Shown: positions 25,886 to 35,427 of the stretch, one piece after another
How positions within the stretch are numbered: the first letter of the stretch is position 1
How the letters are laid out: every line of letters begins with the position of its first letter
Source: an uncultured Nitrososphaerota archaeon
Lineage (GTDB): Archaea > Korarchaeota > Korarchaeia > Korarchaeales > Korarchaeaceae
Reading direction: 5' to 3'
Length of the DNA stretch: 64,000 nt
Assembly (NCBI GenBank): GCA_964594835.1
Contig: CAZQNA010000004.1
Coordinates: forward strand, 64,001 to 128,000
Program-made: the position numbers and the translations under genes
Notes under the pieces: model-generated
What the model saw: the letters and a program-made list of their open reading frames with translations, nothing else
Database searches by the model: none
What the model was told of the DNA's origin: nothing

Positions 25886-28591
25886 TTAACTGTTTCCGAC
25901 CCCCAGGCTCGGCGGGAGGGTGACCCTCGAGACGCCCTCCCTCCTCTCCATGTTGTACAGGGAGTCTGCCACCTCCTCAAACTCTCCGGAGTGGGTGACG
26001 ACTATCACCTGCGGGATGTCGAGTTCACCGATCGCCGAGACGAGCTCTCTCCTCCTCTCGGAGTCCAGGTGGACCGTGGGCTCGTCCAGGAGGATGGACT
26101 CCAGGGAGGTGCCGGCCATGGCCCGGGCGAGCCCCAGCCTCAGGGAGAGGGCCAGGGCAACCTGCTCTCCGCCGCTCAGCTGGCGGAACGTGAACCTCTC
26201 GCCCCCTCTGATCAGCGCGACCTCGTAGTCCTCAGACAGCTCGAGGCCGTCGAAGTCGATCCCGAATCTAGAGAGTATCTCGTTGGCGTAGTGCTCCAGC
26301 ACCGGCCTCGCGCTCTCCCTCAGGGCCCTCTGAATTCCCTCTCTTCCAAAGGACCTCCTGACCTCCTCCAGCGCCTCGATAAATCCTGAGAGCTTGGTTC
26401 TCTCGGCCTCAAGCTCTTTGAGCTCCATGGCCAGCCTCTCTAGGTCCTCCAGCCGCCTCTCCAGCTCCTCCCTCTTCCCGCTCAGCTTCTCCCTCCTGGC
26501 GAGGGTCTCTTGGAACTCCCCCTTGAGTCGATCGAGTTCGAGCAGGAGACCTGAGTAGCGTGCCTCGTCGAATCCCAGACCCACCAGACTGGATTCGATC
26601 TCGCTCAGCCTCCTCCCAAGCTCCCTCTCCCTCTCCCTCTCCCGTCTCAGGAGCGTAGCAAGCTCCCTACTTGTTTCAATGAGACTCTCAAGCCCCTTAA
26701 GCTTCTCTCTGGCCTCCCTGGCCTGCCTCAACGCCTCGCTTACGTCTTTGATTCGCTTACCCAGCCTGCCAAGCAGGTCGTTGCGCTTCCTTCGGTTCTC
26801 CTCCATCTGACGCCTGAGGGACTCAATCCTCTTGAGGCGATCCGCCTCCCCCTGAGACAGCCTCCTCGCCAGGGACTTGGCGGCTCTCAGCTCGGCGAGT
26901 TCTCCCTCGAGCCTCGAGGACGTCTCCTGGAGTTCCGCCAGCCGGGAGACGAGGTCACTCCGCCGCCCGAGCTCGGCCTCGATCCCCCGCAGCTCCTCCT
27001 CCAGCCGCCTCACCCTCTCGACGAGGGCCTCCCTCTCCGCCACCGCCTTCGGCAGGCTGGCCTTCTCGGCCAGCCGCTCGAACTCCCTGAGTGCCCCCAT
27101 CATCCCCTCGATCCGCTCGAGCTCTTCCCTGGCTTTCCCCAACTCGGCCTCTCCCTCCTCAAGCTCCTCCCTAAGAGCCCGCCTTGCCCTCTCCGACCCG
27201 CTCGCATCGAGCCGGGAGCCGCAGAGTGGGCAGACGTCGGGAATCTTGTCCAGGGCGTCTAGGAGTTCTCGGGGGAGCTTCACTCTCCCTCGGGCGTACT
27301 CTGCCCTCTTCTCCAGCTCCGCCACAGTCTGACTCGCCTGCCTCGCCTCGGATAGGAGCCTCTCCCCCTCACGACACAGCGAGTCCAGGTCGCTAAGCCC
27401 CAGCTCTCGGGGGAGCCTCCGGAGAAGCTCCTCCAGCCGACGGTCGAGCTCCTCAAGGTTTGCCCTCGCCTTCATGAGCTGAGCCGAGATCTCCTCGGCC
27501 CTCTGCCCCCTCGCGTCCACCAGCGCGAGCTCCCGGGACACGGCCTCGAGCTCCCGGGACACGGCCTCGAGCTCCCGCTGAACGGACTCCAGCCGCTCGG
27601 CCGCCCTCCTGGCCTCCTCCAGAGACCTCTGCTCACCCTCTAGGGCCGCGAGCTCAGCCTCCAGCGCGCTGTAGGCCTTCGTCAGGGAGTCGAACTCCGA
27701 GAGGATGGGCTCAAGCTCGGCCATCGACCTGAGCTCATCCAGCTGAGAAAGTTCCCTGTCCAGACCCTCCAACCGAGCCTCGATCTGAGAGATCCTATCT
27801 CTGCACGCCTTCATGTCCCGCTCAATCTGCTCCCTCGACTCGGTCAGTCTGAGGTACTCGTCCCTGAGGGATCTCAGCTTCCTCTCCTCGCCCTCCAGCG
27901 AGTCAAGCTTGGACTTGAGCTCCCTCAGCTCCCCGTCGACCCTCTCCAGCTCCTTCAAGACCTCCGACAGGCCCCGCCTGACCTGGTCCGCGGAGCTCAG
28001 CTGCCTCTCGAGGGTGGAGATCTCCCCCTCCAGTCGCTCAAGCCTGGACCTGAACCCTCCCAGGGCCTCTCCCAGGTCCCTCTCCATCCTGTCGAAGAGC
28101 TCTCCCCCGAGGAGGCGGTTTATCGTGTCCATCCTCTTGGCCGGCCTCTCGCTGAGGAAGCCCAGGATCTCGCCCTGCCTTATGTACATGGCCGTGACGA
28201 AGGCCTCGGGATTTGTCCCGAGGACCCTGGTGAGCTCGGCACTGACGTCCCTCTGGGAGGTCTGCAGCAGCCTCCAGCCAGAGTCCTCCCTCACCATGAG
28301 GCGGGCCTGCGGCCCGGAGCGATCTCTCCTCCGCCAAACCAGGTAGGTCCTGCCGCCCTGCTCGAACTCCAGCTCCACCTCCATGGACCGGGAGCCCCTC
28401 CGCGTCAGGTCGGAGATCCCTCCCCTGAACAGCTCGGGGAACAGGGCGTAGGCTATGCCCTCCAGCAGGGAGGTCTTGCCCGCCCCGTTCTGCCCGATGA
28501 TTGCGTTGACACCGTCTCCAAACGTGACCTCGGTCTCCGCGTGCGATCTGAAGTTTCGAAGCCTGACACGCCTTATCCTCAAGCCCCCCAC
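25886..28591 (-). CDS. rad50: DNA double-strand break repair ATPase Rad50
   Basis: 'NFRSH', Walker A GQNGAGKT, long coiled coils, zinc hook CPLCG, signature LSGGE, 'LDEPT'. Confidence 0.95.
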   Translation of the reverse strand: MGGLRIRRVRLRNFRSHAETEVTFGDGVNAIIGQNGAGKTSLLEGIAYALFPELFRGGISDLTRRGSRSMEVELEFEQGGRTYLVWRRRDRSGPQARLMVREDSGWRLLQTSQRDVSAELTRVLGTNPEAFVTAMYIRQGEILGFLSERPAKRMDTINRLLGGELFDRMERDLGEALGGFRSRLERLEGEISTLERQLSSADQVRRGLSEVLKELERVDGELRELKSKLDSLEGEERKLRSLRDEYLRLTESREQIERDMKACRDRISQIEARLEGLDRELSQLDELRSMAELEPILSEFDSLTKAYSALEAELAALEGEQRSLEEARRAAERLESVQRELEAVSRELEAVSRELALVDARGQRAEEISAQLMKARANLEELDRRLEELLRRLPRELGLSDLDSLCREGERLLSEARQASQTVAELEKRAEYARGRVKLPRELLDALDKIPDVCPLCGSRLDASGSERARRALREELEEGEAELGKAREELERIEGMMGALREFERLAEKASLPKAVAEREALVERVRRLEEELRGIEAELGRRSDLVSRLAELQETSSRLEGELAELRAAKSLARRLSQGEADRLKRIESLRRQMEENRRKRNDLLGRLGKRIKDVSEALRQAREAREKLKGLESLIETSRELATLLRRERERERELGRRLSEIESSLVGLGFDEARYSGLLLELDRLKGEFQETLARREKLSGKREELERRLEDLERLAMELKELEAERTKLSGFIEALEEVRRSFGREGIQRALRESARPVLEHYANEILSRFGIDFDGLELSEDYEVALIRGGERFTFRQLSGGEQVALALSLRLGLARAMAGTSLESILLDEPTVHLDSERRRELVSAIGELDIPQVIVVTHSGEFEEVADSLYNMERREGVSRVTLPPSLGVGNS
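27526..27577. repeat. perfect 21-bp tandem repeat (about 2.5 copies) inside rad50
   Basis: CGAGCTCCCGGGACACGGCCT x2 plus CGAGCTCCCG; encodes ELEAVSR-ELEAVSR-EL. Confidence 0.9.
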
Positions 28592-29778
28592 CCCTCGTAT
28601 ATCTTCTCAAGCTCTCTGATCAGTTCCTTCCGTCCCTTCCCCTCGGAGTAGAGTCTGTAGATCTCTATTGCGAGCCTCCTCACCCTGTCGTCTGGTATGA
28701 TCTCCCGAAAGGCCGCCTCGACGTCGATCTTCGGCTCGATGGAGACCTCGGCCTCCCCGCCGACATCGATCCGCCTGAGCCTCACGAACACCCGCAGGAC
28801 CCTACCCTCGAGGGCTTCCCTCAGCGAATCCTGGAACGCCTTCACGTCCCTGGGGTCCAGCCTTGCCGAGGAGAGAGACACCCTGACGACGGGGGGCTTG
28901 TCCCAGGCGCGGCCCCCTACCCTGCCCTCGATCTCGTCCGCGAGCCTCTCCAGGCGGCCCGGGTCGTCCACCCTCTCCCTGAACACGAAGAACGGCCTTA
29001 TGGAGCGCAGGTTCAGCGGGGATATGCGCGCCTCCCCTCCCTCCAGCTCCACGACGTAGATCCCCTTCCCGTACACCTCCAGCTTGTCCGCCTCCCTCTC
29101 CTCCACGACCTCCAGGGATCCGGAGTAGGCTATCGGCCTCCTCTGCGTGGTCTTCCTCGGGAAGTTCCTGTCGTGAACGTGGCCCATAGCGTAGTAGCTG
29201 AAGGCCAGTCGGTCCAGGGTCGACCTGTCGATCTCCGCCTTCTGAGGCGGGACCATCGGCTTGACGGCCTGGTGGAGGATCAGTATCACCTCCCGCCCGG
29301 GAGACTCCCTCACGCGCGCCGATATTGCCTCCAAGGCCGCCCTCAGAGAGTCCGCCTCCTGCCGGGGGGTGTACGGAAGGCCGGCCACGGCGACGCCGTC
29401 CAGCTCCGCGATCGGGCGGGAGTAGCCGAGGTTCACGAAGCCCCCCGGGAGGGCCTCCTCGAAGAGCGGGAGGGGGGAGGCCCGACCTCCCCCCGGGACG
29501 GGCCCGAGGTCGTGATTGCCGGCGACCGCGTACACCCTGACGCCGGAGTCCACGATCCTCTTCAGCCCCACGAAGGCGCTCACGAGGGTCGTGGGGGAGG
29601 GCCTGTAGGAGTCGAACAGGTCGCCCGAGAACGCCACGAACTCGGGCCTGGCGCGGAGGGTGAGCTCCACCGCCTCGTTGAACGCCTCGAGGAAGTCCCT
29701 CTCCCTCTCCTCCAGCCCGTACTGCCTCCGGCCCAGGTGCGCGTCGGCCAGGTGGACGAACCTGACCAATCCGCTCAC
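28579..29778 (-). CDS. mre11: DNA double-strand break repair nuclease Mre11
   Basis: 'DAHLG', 'GDLFD', 'GNHD', 'HQ', 'GHVH', 'YSGS'. Confidence 0.95.
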   Translation of the reverse strand: MSGLVRFVHLADAHLGRRQYGLEERERDFLEAFNEAVELTLRARPEFVAFSGDLFDSYRPSPTTLVSAFVGLKRIVDSGVRVYAVAGNHDLGPVPGGGRASPLPLFEEALPGGFVNLGYSRPIAELDGVAVAGLPYTPRQEADSLRAALEAISARVRESPGREVILILHQAVKPMVPPQKAEIDRSTLDRLAFSYYAMGHVHDRNFPRKTTQRRPIAYSGSLEVVEEREADKLEVYGKGIYVVELEGGEARISPLNLRSIRPFFVFRERVDDPGRLERLADEIEGRVGGRAWDKPPVVRVSLSSARLDPRDVKAFQDSLREALEGRVLRVFVRLRRIDVGGEAEVSIEPKIDVEAAFREIIPDDRVRRLAIEIYRLYSEGKGRKELIRELEKIYEGWGA

Positions 29779-31439
29779 CTCACCATGTCCGCGTAGCCCC
29801 CGGAGGGCCTCTCTCGACCCCGGCTACGGGCCCTGGACCACTCCTCCGTCGCCCTGAGGCTCTCCCCTCCCCTGACCCCCCCGAACAGGTCAACCTTCAC
29901 GATGGCCGGGAGCCTGACCATCGGTCCCACTATGACTGCCTCCCCCACGTTGAGGGACGGGAGGTAGCCGACTAGGTCCTCGCTGAGGAACTCAGTGGCC
30001 CTCCGGACGTACGCCTGGTCCTCCGGCTCGACCACCCTTAGTATGATCTTGTTGATCATCTGAGACAGGACATCGGGGTCAAGCCTCTTGGGCCTCTGGC
30101 TCACCAGCGTGAGCCCGACCCCGAACTTCCTCCCCTCCCTCGCGACTCGGGAGGCGGCGTGCCTCGTGTAGGTGTCCCTGTCGCCTGGGATGAGTATGTG
30201 CGCCTCCTCGAGGACCACCATGACCGGCAGCGGCGGCGAGTCCTCGGGCGGCTCCCCACCCGACCTCCTGGCGGCGATTGCCCGCTTGGCCCTGGAGAGG
30301 AGCGTCGTCAGCGTGTGGCCGACCAGGACGTCGGCGGCGTCCTCACCGAGGGGCCCCATGTCCACCACGACAACCCTGCCGTTGCTCAGCAGAGACACGA
30401 TCTCGGGGGCGGCGGCCGACAGCAGCGACCCCCTTGACTCCTTCAGGTGGGTGAGCCTGGAGAGGAGGCCGTAGAGGCTGTTCCTGGCGTCCCTGTCCAC
30501 GGAGAAGCTGACCTCGGGTCCCAGCGAGACGGCCCCAGAGGTCTCCCCCGCCTCGACTGCATCCTTCACGACCTCGGCGATGGCTATCATCCCATCGAGA
30601 ATGTTTCCCGGCTCCGGATCTTCAATCCCAGCCCGCCTCACGATTGAGTCGAGCATGTCCTTCCCCCTGAGCGACCACGCCGCCCTCCAGAGCCTCCTGA
30701 GGTAGATGTACTGCCTCGCCGCCTTCTCGAAGTTGATGCCCAGGAGGTAGGAGAACTCGGACAGGCTCAGGGAGTTCACGTTGATCTTCGGCTCTACCGT
30801 GATCACCTCTCCCGGGGCGCCCGGGCTCAGGGTCATGCCGCTGTACTCCGAGTGGAGGTCGAAGAGCAGGACGACTCCGTCGAGTTCAAGGATCTTCTCA
30901 ACAATCACCGCGACGGCGTTGGACTTTCCGGCCCCGGTCACGGCCAGAATGGCGAGGTGCCGCGAGATCATCTCGTTTGGGTCGAGCAGGACCCTGACGT
31001 CCCCCCTGGTGAGCAGGTGTCCGATGTCTACTCCGGGTCCGGGCGGCGCGAAGACCCTCCTCAGCTCCCGGGCGGGGGCCCTGTAGACCCCTGCGCCGCT
31101 GGGCGGCGGGGTCCTGGGGAGAACCAGGCTCACCTCACCCCCCTCCTCCTCGACCCGCCCCAGCAGCTTGACCCTCGCCCGGGACCAGTGCGAGGGCTCC
31201 CCGACGAGTTCTATTATCCGGTCCGCCTCGGACGCCGAGAGGAGGCTCTTGCCCGAGAGCTCCCTGCTTCCCCTCTCCACGTGGGTTATCATCCCGAGGA
31301 TCCAGGATCCCTCGCCGTGCATCACGGCGACGTAGTCCCCGACCTCGGGGACGACCCCCTCCTCGGCGACGAACTCCACCTGGGAGGGGGTCGTGACCTC
31401 GACCACGGTCCCTAACCTGTCGACCTCCCTCAGGCTCAC
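29775..31439 (-). CDS. herA: bipolar DNA helicase HerA
   Basis: HAS barrel, 'RHLAILAVTGAGKS', 'FDLHSEY', 'LEEAH', 'REGRKFG', 'SQRP'. Confidence 0.95.
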   Translation of the reverse strand: MSLREVDRLGTVVEVTTPSQVEFVAEEGVVPEVGDYVAVMHGEGSWILGMITHVERGSRELSGKSLLSASEADRIIELVGEPSHWSRARVKLLGRVEEEGGEVSLVLPRTPPPSGAGVYRAPARELRRVFAPPGPGVDIGHLLTRGDVRVLLDPNEMISRHLAILAVTGAGKSNAVAVIVEKILELDGVVLLFDLHSEYSGMTLSPGAPGEVITVEPKINVNSLSLSEFSYLLGINFEKAARQYIYLRRLWRAAWSLRGKDMLDSIVRRAGIEDPEPGNILDGMIAIAEVVKDAVEAGETSGAVSLGPEVSFSVDRDARNSLYGLLSRLTHLKESRGSLLSAAAPEIVSLLSNGRVVVVDMGPLGEDAADVLVGHTLTTLLSRAKRAIAARRSGGEPPEDSPPLPVMVVLEEAHILIPGDRDTYTRHAASRVAREGRKFGVGLTLVSQRPKRLDPDVLSQMINKIILRVVEPEDQAYVRRATEFLSEDLVGYLPSLNVGEAVIVGPMVRLPAIVKVDLFGGVRGGESLRATEEWSRARSRGRERPSGGYADMVR

Positions 31440-32620
31440 TCCCCCAACGCCTCCCTTCCCGTGAACTCCGGAACGAAGCCTATCGATCTCAGGCCAGCCT
31501 CGACGTTGGACCTCGTTATCTTCGCCAGCTCGTGGGCCCTCCTCAGCGGGTAGGGGTAACCCATCACCGATATGCCAGCCAGGCTCCCAACGAACTCGTC
31601 AAGCTCGTCCTCGTCCACCTCCCCGAGCACCTCCAGCTTCACCGGCGCGGCCGACCGCGCGAGCCTCACGTACAGCGTGGTGAGCCTCACAACATCTCTC
31701 ACTCCCGCGCCCAGGAGGGACCTGGCCGCCCTCACGATGTGCCTGCCCACCGGAACCTCCCTCACCCTGTGGAGGGTCCGCCCCGGGCCCCTGGTGAACC
31801 TCTGCACTATGGCGAGGTCGGGCTTCGATGACCTGAAGTGCGACCTAGCCGAGGACCTCTTCGCCACGGCGACCACCCTCACCCCCGCCGCCTCGGCCGC
31901 GGATATCAGGGCAAGGAGGGAGATCCCCTGCTCCAGCCTCTCCATCGCGGAGACGGCCAGCATGGGCCTCCTACCCTCACCATCCTCGTCGTCGCCGACG
32001 ATCCCCCTGGCAGCTTCCTCCAGGGCCGCCTGCGACGTCGGGGTCGCGGTGATCACGGTGAGGGCCGAGGCCAGGGGGAGGTTCCCGACGACCCTCAGGA
32101 ACTCCGAGACAACGAGTTCCCTCTCCTCCTCGCTGAGGCCGACGTACCTCCCGGGTCGGGCGGCCCTGAACACCGGCTCTGCTATCAGGTTTGCCTCAAG
32201 AGACCCGTCTAGGAGGATGCAGTCGACCTCCCGGGCGGCCGCCAGCGTGGAGGCCATCTTCGCCTCCAGCGCCTCTCTGTATATCCTCACCCTGTCCTCG
32301 GCCTTGAAGAAGTCGATGACCCCCACCTGAAACACCCGGCGAGACAGCGGCCTGTCTCCCGCCCGGAAGGCGGCGGAGGCTGCGCTCACGGCGAAGAGGC
32401 TCTGTCCGAGGTTGACCTCCACGAGCTGACTCCCTCCGTCCACCCCGGCCACGGAGCCCAGCCTCTCTATGGCCTCACTAGGCCTCAGGTCCGTGGTTAT
32501 GGGGAGCCAGGCCGCCGAGAGCTCCTCGAACCTTGGCCCCGCCCCGAGGGCCCTCTCGATGTCCCCCCTCGCGATCAGAAAGGCCTCGACTATGTCCATG
32601 AAGCGGGCCTCTTCGGCCAT
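31436..32620 (-). CDS. nurA: DNA double-strand break repair nuclease NurA
   Basis: 'GVDGG', 'LLDGSL', 'VAKRS', 'GYPYPL..AH'; ATG at 32620 preferred; overlaps herA start. Confidence 0.9.
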   Translation of the reverse strand: MAEEARFMDIVEAFLIARGDIERALGAGPRFEELSAAWLPITTDLRPSEAIERLGSVAGVDGGSQLVEVNLGQSLFAVSAASAAFRAGDRPLSRRVFQVGVIDFFKAEDRVRIYREALEAKMASTLAAAREVDCILLDGSLEANLIAEPVFRAARPGRYVGLSEEERELVVSEFLRVVGNLPLASALTVITATPTSQAALEEAARGIVGDDEDGEGRRPMLAVSAMERLEQGISLLALISAAEAAGVRVVAVAKRSSARSHFRSSKPDLAIVQRFTRGPGRTLHRVREVPVGRHIVRAARSLLGAGVRDVVRLTTLYVRLARSAAPVKLEVLGEVDEDELDEFVGSLAGISVMGYPYPLRRAHELAKITRSNVEAGLRSIGFVPEFTGREALGE

Positions 32621-32684
32621 TCGGCATGTCCACCCCACCCTGCCTTTTAAGGTGGGGGAGTTGCCCGTCAGCTCGGTGCCGCAG

Positions 32685-34085
32685 ATGGCCCGGGAACTCG
32701 CCGCCTTCTTCGAGCCCGAGTCCGTGGCGGTGGTGGGCGCCTCCAGGAATCCGGAGAAGCTCGGCCACGTGGTCCTGAGGCAGCTTCTCGAGGGCTTTGG
32801 AGGCAGGGTCCACCCCGTCAACCCCAAGGCCGATGAGATACTGGGGGTCAGGTGCTACCCCTCGGTCGCCGACCTTCCAGGGCCCGTCGACCTCGCCGTG
32901 ATCGCCGTCCCTGCGCCGGCGACCCCGAGTGTGGTGGAGGACTGCGGGAGGAGGGGGGTCAAGGCAGCCATAGTGATCTCCGGCGGGTTCTCTGAGGTGG
33001 GAAACGAGGAGCTCGAGCGGGAGCTGAGGGAGGCAGCCCGGAGGAGCGGGGTCAGGCTCATCGGCCCGAACTGCATGGGCGTCTACAGGCCGAGCGTGGG
33101 GCTTGACACCCTGTTCACTCCCTCGGACAGGCTGCCGAGGCCCGGCCCGGGCGACGTCGCGATACTCACCCAGAGCGGGAGCTTCGGGGGCGCCATCCTC
33201 ACCTGGCTCGCCGTGGAGGGGAGGGGGATAAGCGCCTTCGTGAGCTACGGCAACAGGGCCGACGTGGACGAGGCGGACCTGCTCCGCTACTTCTCCGAGG
33301 ACCCCGAGACCAGGGTGATAGCGATCTACGTAGAGGGCTTGGCGGACGGGAGGAGGTTCATGGAGGCGGCCAGGGAGGTTACTCCCTCCAAGCCCGTGGT
33401 CGTGTTCAAGGCTGGCAGGAGTCAGAGGGGGGCGAGGGCCGTCAGGAGCCACACGGGCTCCCTGGCCGGATCGGACGCGGCCTACGAGGCGGCGTTCAAG
33501 CAGTGCGGGGTGGTGAGGGCGTACTCCACGGAGGAGTTCCTGGACGCCTCCCGGGCCCTGGCCAGGCTGCCGCCCCCCAGGGGTCCCAGGGTGGGCATAA
33601 TCACCAACGGCGGGGGGTACGGCGTCATAGCAGTCGACGCGCTGGAGGAGAGGGGGCTCGAGGTCCCTGACCTCGACGAGGACACCGTGAGGAGGCTCAG
33701 GGGGCGGCTCCCACCTTACTACCCCGTGGGCAATCCCCTGGATCTCACCGGCAGCTCCACGCCAGAGCAGTACCTTGCCGGGATGGTGGAGATGGCCAAG
33801 TCTAGTGAGATCGACGCCCTGATAGTCATGGCCCTATACTCGGTCCCCCTGATGGAGCCCAGGACCACCACGGACTACATCCTGCAGGTCCTCCGGGACT
33901 ACGGGAAGCCCATCGTCGTCGTGTCTCTGGACGTCACCCCGGAGGTGGCCAGGGAGAACTCCAGGCTGGAGGCCGAGGGCGTGCCCGTCTTCCCGTCCCC
34001 AGAGAGGGCTGCCTCGGCCCTCGCCGCCCTCTGGAGGTACTCGAGGCTGACGGACCAGCTCAGGCTCAGGCGGTCGCCGACGTGA
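32685..34085 (+). CDS. acdA: acetate--CoA ligase (ADP-forming) alpha subunit family
   Basis: 'FEPESVAVVGAS', 'SGGFSE', 'GPNCMG', 'QSG', 'GNRAD', phospho-His 'SHTGSLAG', 'NPLDLTG'. Confidence 0.85.
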   Translation: MARELAAFFEPESVAVVGASRNPEKLGHVVLRQLLEGFGGRVHPVNPKADEILGVRCYPSVADLPGPVDLAVIAVPAPATPSVVEDCGRRGVKAAIVISGGFSEVGNEELERELREAARRSGVRLIGPNCMGVYRPSVGLDTLFTPSDRLPRPGPGDVAILTQSGSFGGAILTWLAVEGRGISAFVSYGNRADVDEADLLRYFSEDPETRVIAIYVEGLADGRRFMEAAREVTPSKPVVVFKAGRSQRGARAVRSHTGSLAGSDAAYEAAFKQCGVVRAYSTEEFLDASRALARLPPPRGPRVGIITNGGGYGVIAVDALEERGLEVPDLDEDTVRRLRGRLPPYYPVGNPLDLTGSSTPEQYLAGMVEMAKSSEIDALIVMALYSVPLMEPRTTTDYILQVLRDYGKPIVVVSLDVTPEVARENSRLEAEGVPVFPSPERAASALAALWRYSRLTDQLRLRRSPT

Positions 34086-35427
34086 ACCTCACTTCTCTGA
34101 CGGCCATCACGGGGGTCAGGACGGGAGGGCCAAACTCCGCCCACCAGTGCGTCATCTGCCTCGCCTCCCTCCCGACGGCGTAAACGTTGGACAGCATGTG
34201 GAGGACGTTCTCGCTGAGCCTCAGCCCCCTTATCGCGCCCACCATCTCTCCCCCCTCGACCAGGAACACCCCGTCCCTTATCACCGCCGAGAAGTCCCCC
34301 GTCCGGTAGTTCTGGAACCTCAGGTAGGTGGCGTTCCTGACTACGATGCCCCTCCCCAGGTCCTCGAGGATCTCCTCCTCGGTCCTGTCCCCGGAGCTCA
34401 TGCGCAGGAACCAGGGGTTGGGGAACACCCAGCCGGCGTTCCCCGTGGGCTCGACTCTGAAGTGCGCGGCAGTCAGCCTGTTGTGCAGGAGCGTCTTCAG
34501 GATCCCGCCCTCGATTATCACGTTCCTCCTGGTTGGGAGGCCCTCCAGGTCGAAGGACCGGGAGGCGTATCCCCCGTCCATCAGGGGATCGTCCACTATG
34601 GTCACGAGTTCGCTCCCGACGCGCGACCCCACCCTGTCCACGTAGGGGGTCATCTGCATCAGGGCCCTTAGGCCGGAGGCCATGGCCCCGAACACCCCCA
34701 GCAGGGTGGTCATGGCGCTCCACCAGAAGGCGGCGTTGTACCTCCCGGCCGGGACCCTGACCACCTTGCTGGCCAAGACGGCGTCTCTCCCGGCCTCGCG
34801 ACCGGCCCTCTCGGGATCAAGCCCGTCCAGGAATCGGGAGCACGTGACCCCGTGGCCGGTGGCCTGGTCGTCGACCAGGGCCCTGACCTCCATGCTGACC
34901 CTGCTGAACCTCTCGCACACCTCAGCGCCCCCGGATGTCAGGAGGCACTCGTGCCCCGCCTGGGACCTCACCACGCCCGCCGCCCTCTTTGCCCCCTCTC
35001 CAAGGGCCGCGTCTATCCCGGCCTTCGCCGCGTCCACGAGCTCCTCCTGGGCCTCCTCAAGCCTTGGATCGTAGGTGTCCCGGATGACTGGGTAGTCGAA
35101 GGGCCCCTCGGGAAGCGGGGCGTACACGTCCCGGGGAGGGGCCCTCCTCAGCCTCTCGAAGGCGCGCCCCACGAAGACCTCCAAGGCCTCCTCCTCGGGC
35201 GGCGACTCCGTAGAGACCACCGCGACCCTCCGATCGGCGGCCAGCTGAACCTCTATCAGAGTCCCGAGCCACGTCTTCACCACGTCCACGGAGCTGTTGT
35301 AGAAGCGCACCTGCCTTCCCCTGTTCACGACGACGCGGACGGCCACGTCGTCGGCCCCCCTGGCCTGGGCCAGCTGGAGGACCCGCTCCGCAAGACCGAT
35401 GCTCTCCTCGTGGAACACCTCACACAC
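34066..35427 (-). CDS. pmbA: TldE/PmbA family protein
   Basis: 'TIVDDP', 'FDLEG.PT', 'TGNA', 'GDFS', no HExxxH; paired with tldD. Confidence 0.85.
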   Translation of the reverse strand: MCEVFHEESIGLAERVLQLAQARGADDVAVRVVVNRGRQVRFYNSSVDVVKTWLGTLIEVQLAADRRVAVVSTESPPEEEALEVFVGRAFERLRRAPPRDVYAPLPEGPFDYPVIRDTYDPRLEEAQEELVDAAKAGIDAALGEGAKRAAGVVRSQAGHECLLTSGGAEVCERFSRVSMEVRALVDDQATGHGVTCSRFLDGLDPERAGREAGRDAVLASKVVRVPAGRYNAAFWWSAMTTLLGVFGAMASGLRALMQMTPYVDRVGSRVGSELVTIVDDPLMDGGYASRSFDLEGLPTRRNVIIEGGILKTLLHNRLTAAHFRVEPTGNAGWVFPNPWFLRMSSGDRTEEEILEDLGRGIVVRNATYLRFQNYRTGDFSAVIRDGVFLVEGGEMVGAIRGLRLSENVLHMLSNVYAVGREARQMTHWWAEFGPPVLTPVMAVREVRFTSATA

